This document shows positions 37,701-48,069 of a stretch of 64,000 nucleotides of DNA, piece after piece. The translations under genes were made by a program, and so were the position numbers. Origin of the DNA: Octopus sinensis (Eukaryota). Under the pieces are notes generated by a model. The model was not told the origin of the DNA. It searched no databases and was given only the letters and a program-made list of their open reading frames with translations. The stretch spans positions 40,734,001 to 40,798,000 of the forward strand of contig NC_043012.1 in the NCBI RefSeq assembly GCF_006345805.1. The letters run 5' to 3'. The first letter of the stretch is position 1. Each line of letters opens with the position of its first letter.

Positions 37701-38201
37701 AATAAAATGTCTTTTTTTTTTAAATCCCCTAATTTAAAACCTTTTTTTTTTTAATTCGTGGTTTTAAAATAGGGACGGAATCTAGAATTGTTCTGGGAAC
37801 CAAGTTTTCTATTAAGGAAAATTCATAAAAACACAATTAGTCTCCATATAATAATAATAATATAAAGAGAGGCAACGAAGCGAAAAGCAAGGTTTTTTTT
37901 TTCCCCTTACCTCGGAAGTGTCCAAAATGTCGAAAAGTCGAATGGAATTGGTTTTCGGTCGAATTTCTTCGGTCGTCGAAGAAATGGTTCGAACTGGAGT
38001 GGAACTATTTCGTCTGAAAGGATTTTTATGTTGATAGAAAGAAGAAAGACTGGCACAGGGTGAAACCTGGTCGCTTCTGTTCGACAAATCATCCAGCTTC
38101 GACCTTTTTCTCAGCGAAGAATTCTGGTTCTCCTGCAACCGTTTCTTCCTTCGTCTCATCACTTCAGAAGGTTTCTTCCAATTCGGCGACGTCTCCGCCA
38201 T
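17624..38201 (-). CDS. DONSON: Protein downstream neighbor of SON (replisome/CMG assembly factor), 10 coding exons, 613 aa
   Basis: Exons 38201-37911, 34563-34456, 29965-29771, 28844-28732, 27640-27584, 26236-26055, 24572-24470, 21306-21040, 19273-19075, 17950-17624 sum to 1842 nt, all GT-AG with matching phases. Motifs LPFDWSLK, YWVHPNLPW..FPR, LLSDW, CPYLYVCTHQFTVLF, TPTTRGLREAL..EGIEF, GIPPTILSP.AF.GA, GPILP, HEPT. Confidence 0.95.
18354..18567. mobile_element. TTAA-flanked piggyBac-type MITE
   Basis: ttaa|ccatttcgctac ... gtaacaaaaggg|ttaa. Confidence 0.55.
19075..19273 (-). CDS. DONSON: DONSON coding exon 9
   Basis: tttcag|RREGFKQIDCRPESVL..FNFLLN..GIPPTILSPNAFKGAALKSLK|GTAATT. Confidence 0.92.
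19274..21039 (-). other. U12-type GT-AG intron (DONSON intron 8, 1766 nt)
   Basis: 5' site GTATCCTTT at 21039-21031; branch motif TTCCTTAAT at 19294-19286, 13 nt from the AG at 19275-19274. Confidence 0.9.
21040..21306 (-). CDS. DONSON: DONSON coding exon 8 (acidic region)
   Basis: ctgaag|IGSHNSS..EEEEEAEEEDG..WLESIGLDKKNFPSLNPNMVRL|GTATCCTTT. Confidence 0.9.
21475..21887 (+). mobile_element. tRNA-derived octopus SINE family A, full length
   Basis: Head gtgtggtaag (A box) and gggttcagcccc (B box), ccttggtcaagtgtctt core, internal (TA/TG)n, tail cagtcaaatgactgaaacaagtaaaagag. Confidence 0.85.
22236..22454. mobile_element. TTAA-flanked piggyBac-type MITE
   Basis: ttaa|ccctttag ... ctaagggg|ttaa; internal sequence resembles 18240-18330 and 18640-18740 in reverse. 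Confidence 0.65.
24470..24572 (-). CDS. DONSON: DONSON coding exon 7
   Basis: ttggcag|GIEFKMPCNPKG..SRNS|GTGAGG; phases 1/2. Confidence 0.85.
26055..26236 (-). CDS. DONSON: DONSON coding exon 6
   Basis: ctgcag|SESFLSAFSQLRSGYCPYLYVCTHQFTVLF..PTTRGLREALKKE|GTGTGT. Confidence 0.92.
27584..27640 (-). CDS. DONSON: DONSON coding exon 5
   Basis: ttccag|SSSSINLGDEVYSSLLSDW|GTTTGT; phases 2/2. Confidence 0.85.
28732..28844 (-). CDS. DONSON: DONSON coding exon 4
   Basis: ttttag|LKILPETSWRSHFHRETLYWVHPNLPWVKIFPRITHE|GTAAGA. Confidence 0.9.
29771..29965 (-). CDS. DONSON: DONSON coding exon 3
   Basis: ctgcag|VSDVP..LPFDWSLKLKMRF..MPSAN|GTTAGT. Confidence 0.9.
30110..30505 (-). mobile_element. SINE family A copy (further partial copies near 25860-25990, 30720-30850, 33230-33475, 39480-39680, 45035-45190, 47520-47820)
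   Basis: Reverse complement of the same head/core/tail consensus. Confidence 0.85.
32110..32400 (+). mobile_element. mariner transposase N-terminal remnant
   Basis: SLEDEPHPERSVELDKDIL..TVEELAEKLGFGHSTI..LGQWVPHELSE (WVPHEL motif). Confidence 0.8.
32427..33054 (+). mobile_element. Non-autonomous Helitron-like element
   Basis: A|TC 5' end (tctatatatataaaactg), subterminal cccgagcaacgc motif, CTAG|T 3' end, no TSD, internal repeat gtctacgatgagtc..cgattt three times. Confidence 0.7.
34456..34563 (-). CDS. DONSON: DONSON coding exon 2
   Basis: Polypyrimidine ttatcttccag|, 36 open codons TNNVKDF..SAEQ, donor CAG|GTTTGT; low sequence conservation, inferred from phase fit. Confidence 0.7.
36205..36555 (-). 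mobile_element. SINE family A copy in DONSON intron 1
   Basis: Same consensus, head truncated. Confidence 0.8.
37150..37462 (+). mobile_element. SINE family A copy in DONSON intron 1, opposite orientation to 36205-36555
   Basis: Same consensus, head truncated. Confidence 0.8.
37911..38201 (-). CDS. DONSON: DONSON coding exon 1
   Basis: ATG 38201-38199, MAETSPNWKKPSEVMRRRKK..KNPF; donor GAG|GTAAGG, phase 0. Confidence 0.85.
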
Positions 38202-38389
38202 TTGCTTTCAATTATAAAAGACAAAATATAAGTATTTATGTGAGAAGATGTGATTCTTGAGATAATTAACTTCTTCGTTACGAAGATTATTTGTACTTTC
38301 TGTGATTCTTGAGATGATTTATGCGATGTCTGGTTGACCTTTGGCTTTTTAAACCGACCAAAAGAAAGATTCTCGAAGACGAACTCGAG

Positions 38390-38402
38390 TTTCGCGCCGA
38401 AA
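38390..38402. promoter_or_regulatory. Overlapping double E2F-like site TTTCGCGCCGAAA upstream of DONSON
   Basis: Matches TTTSSCGC and resembles the DHFR TTTCGCGCCAAA element; about 190 bp 5' of the ATG in a CpG-containing region. Confidence 0.6.
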
Positions 38403-38581
38403 ACAATGTTGCATTCTGGGAAAGTTCATGGTAACCGGGACAACAGAGTTACTTCCCTTATATTCGACCCTGACATCCACTAACTGGTTGCTCGATGTAC
38501 TAGAAACAACAGTTAAGTTCCTATTCACAACTTACACCAGCCTTAGGGAACCTTTTTCAAAAAGCGGACCGCATTGAGAGG

Positions 38582-38890
38582 CGGCCGATGGCGATCTTTC
38601 ATCTCTAGTAGACCTTTCCGTCGATTTCCGTAAAAACTTCTTTTTTTTTTTACATATGGGCTTGCGATCTCCCACACCCCATCAAACACACACACACACG
38701 CACACATGTACATCAATGCTCCCATTCACGGTAACTTCAAAAGAACTTCCCTCGTCATACAATCGCTTTCTCTTAGTCTCTTTCGCTCTCATTACTTCAA
38801 AAGTTCCCGCAAGCCCATATGTAAAAAAAAAAAATTTTTTTACGGAAATCGACGGAAAGGTCTACTAGAGATGAAAGATTGCCGCGGCCG
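38582..38890. repeat. Inverted repeat, about 85 bp arms (38582-38666 / 38808-38890)
   Basis: atctttcatctctagtagacctttccgtcgatttccgtaaaaa..tacatatgggcttgcg and its reverse complement. Confidence 0.9.
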
Positions 38891-38920
38891 ATTGGTGAAA
38901 ATTACATTTTTCGGATTTTT

Positions 38921-39107
38921 GGCATTCTTTCGATATAACTCGACAAAATCAAAACATTTCACTTCGGGTATTTCCGTGGGTTGTGGAGTCATAAATATAA
39001 CGAAATGATGCCGTAAAACCCGCAAATTTCCAAACAGAAAACAGAATCGAACGGAAATACCCGAAGTCAAATGTTTTGATTTTGTCGAGTTATATCGAAA
39101 GAATGCC
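38921..39107. repeat. Inverted repeat, 57 bp arms (38921-38977 / 39051-39107)
   Basis: ggcattctttcgatataactcgacaaaatcaaaacattt(c/g)acttcgggtatttccgt, one mismatch. Confidence 0.9.
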
Positions 39108-40094
39108 GAATTAAAAAAAAATCATTGTTTATGATACGAACAATCCGAATTTTTTGCTTAAATCCAGGCAATGTCTATGGGGTGAACTATATTGAAAAGT
39201 ATCAATATGGCAGAGCGAGAAAGAAACAAGGAGGGCATCAGGTAGCCGTGATATGTGCTAGAAATAACAGCTAATAGCCCTTAAATCACGCAATTTTTCT
39301 TCCTGGTTTTGCACAATCATATGAATTCCTGTGTGTAGATCACTTCACAAAAATTTTCTGAAAATTCCAAAAAGAGAAAAGTTTGTTTTAGATGTCTGAG
39401 CGAGACACAACCCCCCCCCCCGGTTATGATAGGGTTATAAGGGGGTGGAGTGCTTAAACCAGCATTTTAAATATTTTTTTTCTTTTACTTGTATCAAGTC
39501 ATTTTGAATACGGCCATGCTGGAGCACCGCCTTTAGTCGAACAAATCGACCCCAGGGCTTATTTTTTGTAAGCCTAGTACTTACTCTATCGGTCTGTTTC
39601 GTCGAACTGCTAAGTTACGGGGACGTAAAGGCACCAACATCGGTTGTCAAGCGATAGTGGAGGGGAAAACAGACACAATACACACACACACACAACACAC
39701 ACACACACACACACCACACACACACACACACACACATACATACACACACACAGACATAGGCTTGTAAGGACTTCTGAAGTTTTAATAAATTCTAATGAAT
39801 AGAGTCATATGAATCGGTCGAACAGACATGTAAATGATTTTAAAAGGGAAAAAACACCTCAACGAAGGTTTTTTTGTTTTTTTTTTGCGAAAAATCGCCC
39901 AAATTTGTCCTGTTCAAGAAGGTATGGTCTGACATGGAATAAAGGAAAATTTATATAAGACATTCTATTGTAACAAAATTGCCCGTCAATGATAGGCTAT
40001 TCAGCTAGAATATTTCAGTTAAGCAAAAACTTCGAATTTAAAGAAATCGAAATTTGAAAACAAAAAAATGCTTAATCTATAAAAAAAATAATAT

Positions 40095-41158
40095 TCGTGG
40101 CTGTGTGGTAAGTAGCATGTTTACCAACCACATGGTTCCCGGGTTCAGTCCCACTGCGTGGCACCTTGGGCAAGTGTCTTCTACTATAGCCTCGGGCCGA
40201 CCAAAGCCTTGTGAGTGGATTTGGTAGACGGAAACTGAAAGAAGCCCGTCGTATATATGTATATATATATATATGCGTGTGTGTGTTTGTGTGTCTTTGT
40301 TTGTCCCCCTAGCATTGCTTGACAACCGATGCTGGTGTGTTTATGTCCCCGTTACTTAGCGGTTCGGCAAAAGAGACCGATAGAATAAGTACTGGACTTA
40401 CAAAAGAATAAGTCCCGGGATCGAGTTGCTCGATTAAAGGCGGTGCTCCAGCATGGCCGCAGTCAAATGACTGAAACAAGTAAAAGAGTAATATCTCAAT
40501 ACGATTGAAATTTACTATAGATAAACGAGTTTGAAATAACTATTTAAAAATTCAGTGAAAATAAGAATTATATTTATAAAGACAGAATCTTTTTTATCCA
40601 CAAAAACCAAATTCCAAACATTGAAGTCATAAGAGATACTGAGTTGTTCCCCTTAGAATATTTTGTTTGATTTTTTTTAAGGAAAATTCTTGCTGCAGTG
40701 GATCTCTCTATCAGCCTTCCAGAAGTCCAGAGCCTCCAGAAATCTGGGCACACCATGGAATACCGTTCATACCCTGTACCCTGCACTGAATAAACAACCC
40801 CACCTTTTGAAGTTGGTTAACTTGCATGTAGTGTGTTAATCTGTACCAGTATCTGATGAATAAAATTGTTCCTATTTCCCTTCCTTCAGTTTTCATCCTA
40901 TAAACAATATACTCTACACCTGGAATAGTACTCTTTTACTTGTTTCAGTCATTTGACTGCGGCCATGCTGGAGCACCGCCTTTAGTCGAGCAAATCGACC
41001 CCAGGACTTATTCTTCGTAAGCCTAGTACTTATTCTATCGGTGTCTTTTGCCAAACCGCTAAGTTACGGGGACGTAAACACACTAGCATCGGTTGTCAAG
41101 CGATGTTGAGGAGACAAACACAGACACACAAACATATATACACACACACACACATATA

Positions 41159-41217
<59 letters not shown>

Positions 41218-41830
41218 CGACGGGCTTCTTTCAGTTTCCTTCTCCCATATCCACTCACAAGGCTTTGGTCGGCCCGAGGCTGTAGCAGAAGACACTTGCC
41301 CAAGGTGCCACGCAGTGGGACTGAACCCGGAACCATGTGGTTCGTAAGCCAGCTACTTACCACACAGCCACACCTGAATTCTTAATGGATAAACAAACTT
41401 TAAATTTTGCTCTCTACTTTTCTTACTGTATTTCATATTTTATACAGGCAGGGCTGTGTGGTAAGAAGCTTGCTTCCCAACCACATGGTTCCAGGTTCAG
41501 TCCCACTGTATGGCACCTTGGGCAAGTGTCTTCTTCTATAGCCACGGGTCAACCAAAGCCTTGTGAGTAGATTTGGTAGACGGAAACTGAAAGAAGCCTG
41601 TCGTATGTTTGTGTGTGTGTGTGTCTGTTTGTGTCTGTGTTTCTCATCCCACCATCGCTTGACAACCGATGCTGGTGTGTTTACGTTCCCATAATCTAGC
41701 GGTTCGGCAAACAAGACCGATAGAATAAGTACTAGGCTTACAAATAATAAGTCCTGGAGTCGATTTCTTCGACTAAAGAAAAAGCCCTTTAATACGGTGC
41801 TCCAACATGGCCGCAGTCGAATGACTGTGA
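40095..41830. mobile_element. Three SINE family A copies in alternating orientation: 40095-40490 (+), 40930-41372 (-), 41447-41830 (+)
   Basis: Same consensus; the last two are head-to-head about 75 bp apart. Confidence 0.85.
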
Positions 41831-44800
41831 TAAATAAAAAGAATATCTATTTTTTCAATGTCTCTAGAAAACCAGAAGCTCCGAAGCTCCTGGACATTTC
41901 CTGTCCCCACTTCTCCTGCTTTCCGAATCGTCGGTCCGGTACTGTGGGCAATCCTTCGGTATTGGTATACCATGTCGTTCAACCACACAACGTTCTCTCA
42001 TGACGTATATAAAGAGGTTAGACTGAAATAGAGGATTAACTACGTCTATTAATCTTTTCTGCTCAAGATACTGGGCCCGAAATTTTGGGGGAAGGGGCCA
42101 GTCAATTTGATCGACTCCAGTGCGCAACTGGTACTTAATTTATCCACCCCGAAAGGATAAAAAGTAAAGTCGACCTCGGCGGAATTCGAACTCAGAACAT
42201 AAAGACAGACAAAATGCCGGTAAGCATTTTGCCTGGCATGCTAACGTTTTCGCCAGCTTGTCGCCTTAGTATAGTAAGGATTGCTTTAATTTAATTTTTT
42301 TCTCTCCAAAACAACCCAACCTACCTCGTGTTTTATCGATTCATGGACGTATTTATTTTCTTATGAAATCAATTATCCATCGAAGCTTGTTATTTATCTA
42401 ATCTTTTCCAGTGAAAAGAGCCTCAATTAGAGCAATAGATCATAGACATCAGATGACATCTAGGTTTATTTGGTTATCTATAAGTAAACATGGTGACAGG
42501 CGAAGGAGATTTTTGATGCTCCAGTGATTTTCGATGTTCTATTTTATATTATCATTGAAGTGATTATTGTGAATAAAGCACTTCTTCCACTTTGGTAGAA
42601 AATATATTTTGTAGGACTAACATATTTAGCGTTCCCGCCAAATCTGTTTCTTTTTGAATCAGCAACCCTACCGAGTGGACGTGACCAACCTTCTCTGAGG
42701 GAAAACCCCTACATATAGAGAAGTTCTCTTCTAAGCGGGAACGGAGACGGTAATTTTGGCTCACACAAGTGAACATTTGTGAACAGTCTCGTGGACTTGG
42801 CTACTGGTTCGCCCTTAAGGACAATAAATATGTGCATATATTTTTTTGTATATTCCTTCCTGATATATGACTTCCACAAATGTACCCTGTTTATATTTCT
42901 AGCAACTCGTAGCAGTTGTCAACATTTTGTATATAGTGAAGAATTAAGTGTACCTATAACAAATCAAGTCCAATGAATAAATAATTTTTAATCATGGATC
43001 GGTTCACGCATTTGTTTACTTTAAAGACATACACATTCCATTTGCAGCTGTTTTCCATGATTCACACTTAACCACTATATATATACACACACACACACAT
43101 GTAACTAGCTTCTGTACGATTTCAGTGTACCAAATTCCACTCAGAATTCTTTCTTCAACACGAAACTACAGCAGACAGCACCCGATGAACTTTACCACCA
43201 AGTCTGCGCTATTTTGTTTCGTATACACTTTTACTATCAAATGATGCAATCGTTTCAAAGGTTGTGAAGTAAGTGCTGATTAAATATCCAGTTTACGAAG
43301 AAGAAACTGATATCTTACATTTGGGACATGTCATGATTTGACTGTGACATGTGGAGATCTATATCGGTTTTAAGATTTTGCACAAGATTAGCAAATTCAG
43401 GGATGTGGGTCAATGACACCGATCTCAGTGCTCGACTACTTCTTATTTTATCGACCCCGAAAGGTTAAAAGGCAAAGTTGACCTTGCAGATTTGAACTCA
43501 GAACGTAAAGACAGAAGCAATACTGCTAAGCATATACTCAGCGCGCTAAAGATGGAGATCAATGTTATTTTAAAAAATCTATTTATTGATGTTTACGGCG
43601 TTGATAGTGTTCCTTTTTTATTGCTGTTGTTGTTGTTGGTGGTGGTCATATTATTAGAGTTGTTATTGTTATTGTTGATATTCCTTATGTTGTTGGTAAT
43701 GATGTTTATTGGTGTTTTTGTTGTTGTTGTTGGTAGTGGTGTGCTGGTAGAGGTGCTAGTGGTGATGGTGGTAGTTTTGTTGGTTTTCATGATGTTGTTA
43801 GTGTTGCTGTTGATATTGGTTGTGTTAGTCATTATAATAGGGGTCTACCCTCTCAAATGTTTTCCTGTCCAAGGTATAGGTCAGTCACTATCCATAGTTA
43901 TTCCTGAAAGGACATAATTAGGCGGGGAGAGGGGTTGTGAATAAAATAGTACATCAATGAGGTGCTACTTCTGTAGTAAAAAACTAGCTTATATGGAGAA
44001 TATTTCACCCATTGCATAACTGAGTACAACCAGAGAGAGAGAGAGAAATAGAGAAATAAACAGACTGATAAAGAAGGTGAGTGGAACTATCTGGTTTAAT
44101 CCATTGTACAACCTAGAAGTCATGAACACAAGAAATTTCCTACTATTTGTAAAACACCATTTCACATCAGTGTACAAATACTTTCACTTCTTCAATTCAC
44201 ACAACATTAAGGTCAGTTACTCCTGTATGGACAGTACAGATTTGAATACTACAATCAGAAACATTTGCATATAGAACCACTATTGCATCAACCAATATGT
44301 AACTATTAGAATTCATTGCTTTATCTGCTCAGGCATCCTGAATCTCCAAAAAATTCATGGTTTTAATCCTTGAGTAAGAAAGGAAGGCAGTACTTTGCTT
44401 ATGACCCACTACAGGGCCTTTCAGACTGGCAGGAAGGAGGAAGAATGTCATCCTCCAGATGGAAACCTGTTTCAAATGCTTGCAACACAGTGAATTCTAT
44501 TTAAGGCACCCAAGATGTCAGATGGTGGTTGTGTCTACCATCTATGTAAGTCATAGCAGGATTTGAACTCATAATGCTATGGTATCCAGTCTGGCAGGCT
44601 CACAATTCTGCCAATCTACCCCCTTTGAATTACCACTTTCTTATCGGTCTTGAATGGATGGACAAAATCAATTTCGGCAGGGTCTGAGTTCATAGTGTAG
44701 AGAAGCAGTGCCATGATGCTTTTTGTCCGAGCCGCATAACATTGACATCCATAGATGGCACTGAAAAGAATTATGTGGGTCTAGCTACAAATATTTCCAT

Positions 44801-45222
44801 TTCTCCTGGATATTCTGGACAGTCCCATCTACTTCATATTTATCCTTAAATCCATATTATTTTCCTAGGCCTAATTTTAGGTCTGTTTTTAAGATTCATA
44901 TTTGTACTTGAAGGATTGTAATCTAGGAATTTCTGAAGCCACTGTTAACTAGAGCCTTGTTACAATAGTGAGTTGCTTTATCAAATATTTCTTTAGGTGT
45001 GGTTGTGTGGTATGAAGCTTGCTATAGGTGCAGGCATGGCTGTGTGGTAGGAAGCTTGCTTTCCCAACCACATGGTTCCGGGTTCAGTCCCACTGCATGG
45101 CACCCAGGGCAAGTGGCTTCTACTGTAACCTCGGGCCGACCAAAGTCTTGTGAGTGGATTTGGTAAGCCGAAAGTGAAAGAAACCTGTTGTGTATATACA
45201 TACATACATATATATGTATGTA

Positions 45223-45272
<50 letters not shown>

Positions 45273-46530
45273 AAATAAGAAAATGGAGAAATACATCTAA
45301 ATCAATATCAATTACCAGATAGTACTCAATCACATACTTTATTAAGCCACCACATAAGAAACTATAGGGTTAAACATAAAAAAAGTAGAGCAAAACAGTG
45401 TACATAAAGGAGTATACATAAAAAAGTGTACATAAAAGAGTAATGTTATACAATAAGTAGAATATATATAAGAGAATATAAATATAAGTAAATATTAATA
45501 TAAATATAGATTACATCTTACAGCTGTTTCAGCCATGTAGATAAGTATGTCTCATTTTACTCATATTAGCCTTTTATGGTAGGTCAATATGTAGTTATAA
45601 ATGAGACATTTACAAAAATATCATAAGGCCTCTTCGGAGATTATGTGATATAAATCAGTCTATATATATACCTATATGGGTGCAGGTACATACCCATAAT
45701 ACATCATATACATATACATATGAGTGCATATACTCACACTCCTATACATATAAATATACATATACATAATGATATAAATAATATAAATAATATAGATCAA
45801 TAAACATACATATGTTCCACATTCAATGTTACAGTTTTTCAACTTAATATTGTGATATTACAATGTAGAAAACATACACATATTAATACCTAAATGCAGA
45901 TATACAGAGTCAAGAGTACATTATATTAATTCTTATTAATTTCCAAAATGTCATTAAAGTTAGCATCATTATCATTGCCAATACCATTAATGCTACCAAT
46001 ATCATCATTCATATTATTATTAATAACGCTAATACTAGAAAAACAATTTATAGATTCCATTATTAGCAATATAGTCACAATAGTACTACAATACCATGTA
46101 AAGTGTTAAATATCCGCATATACATACGAAGTATGAAGTACCACATACATATATACATACTTAAATATATATCTGCACACTCACACGTATAAGAACAACC
46201 TATACTTATACCCACCCATGAATAAATATTCGCATATACATATACACATATCTAAATACGCACCTGCGTACTCATATGTACGAAAAAAAACATACACCTG
46301 TATATCCACCCATGAACATACATATACATACAAAAACATACATACACATATGCACACACCTCGACACCTCCACCCATATTCACTAAATCACAAAATATAT
46401 GTCTGCCCATCAAAAGACGTATATATACATACACAATAAGTAAACAGAAGTTATTATTAATTAAGATATAAGTACATATTGGATATATGTTATCCCATGG
46501 AGGGTTGCATTTACAACCCCTATCTCAATT

Positions 46531-46567
<37 letters not shown>

Positions 46568-47039
46568 AATCCCCACCCCCCAAAAAACTAAGAACAAACA
46601 CAACAAGAAAAAAACAACAACACAAGCATGTGGTACATGCTAAGTATTAGCAGACGCTCAAGGAAGGAGGGAAGGAAAAAAGGTAGTTTTACGTTTCGAG
46701 CAAAGCTCTTTGTTAGAAATAGGGGACGGAGGAAAGTCTAGGAGAAAAGGAAGATGGGGGAAAATATCCCCAACAATCCACATATGGTTACATTTATCTT
46801 TATATATATAAAACTGAGAATGTGTGTCTGTCTGTCTGTGTGTTTCCCTAAAACTTGAGAACTACACAACCAATTTCATTCAAATTTTACACATGTCTTA
46901 TTTGGGTCCAAGTAGTGTCATGGGCAAAAAATTTCTAACTTCTTGCCCAAGGCGAACCCACAGCAATATCATATCTTCTCCACTATTTCAGTCTTACGTG
47001 TTAAAAGTGAATCAAAAACATCTCTCTAATATATGTATA

Positions 47040-47420
<381 letters not shown>

Positions 47421-47913
47421 ATATAGATGTACAGGTAATATGTACACATATATATGCATACATATATACACCCATACACACATACACACACATACACCCA
47501 CATACATAAGTGCAGGTGTGTCTGTGTGGCAACAAACTTGGTTTCAAAACACATGGTCCTCAGTTCAGTCCCACTGTGTGGTAACTTGGCATGTGTCTTC
47601 TGCTATAGCCTGAGACCAACCAAAGCCTTGTCAGTGGATTTGTAGACAGAAACTGAAAGAAATTAATTGTATGTGTATATATATGTAAGTCTATGTGTGT
47701 GTCTTTGTGTTTCTCCCTCATCACTACTTCACAACTGGTGTTCGTTTATTTACATCCCCATAATGTACTGGTTTCACAAGAAAAAACTGATAGAATAAGT
47801 ACCAGGCTTATCAAAATTTAAAAAAGCTCTACGCAGTGTCTCACAATTTTGTTTGCCCACTCAGTTGTATCTATCAATTTATCTTTGTGTGTGTGTGTGT
47901 ATACATACATACA

Positions 47914-47947
<34 letters not shown>

Positions 47948-47952
47948 ATATA

Positions 47953-48000
<48 letters not shown>

Positions 48001-48069
48001 ATTTCGTAGACAGGAACTGAAACAAATCAATCATATATATATATGTATGTATATATGTAAGTATATGTG

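Noticed and set aside
42400-42780. Possible LINE endonuclease remnant on the minus strand (GHVHSVGLLIQKE..EEVLYSQ)
   Set aside because: Too degraded to support a call by eye.
43492-43917. 141 aa hydrophobic ORF (and Asn/Thr-rich antisense ORF)
   Set aside because: Translation of a degenerate (TTG/TGG/TTA)n tract starting inside a SINE; no domain features.
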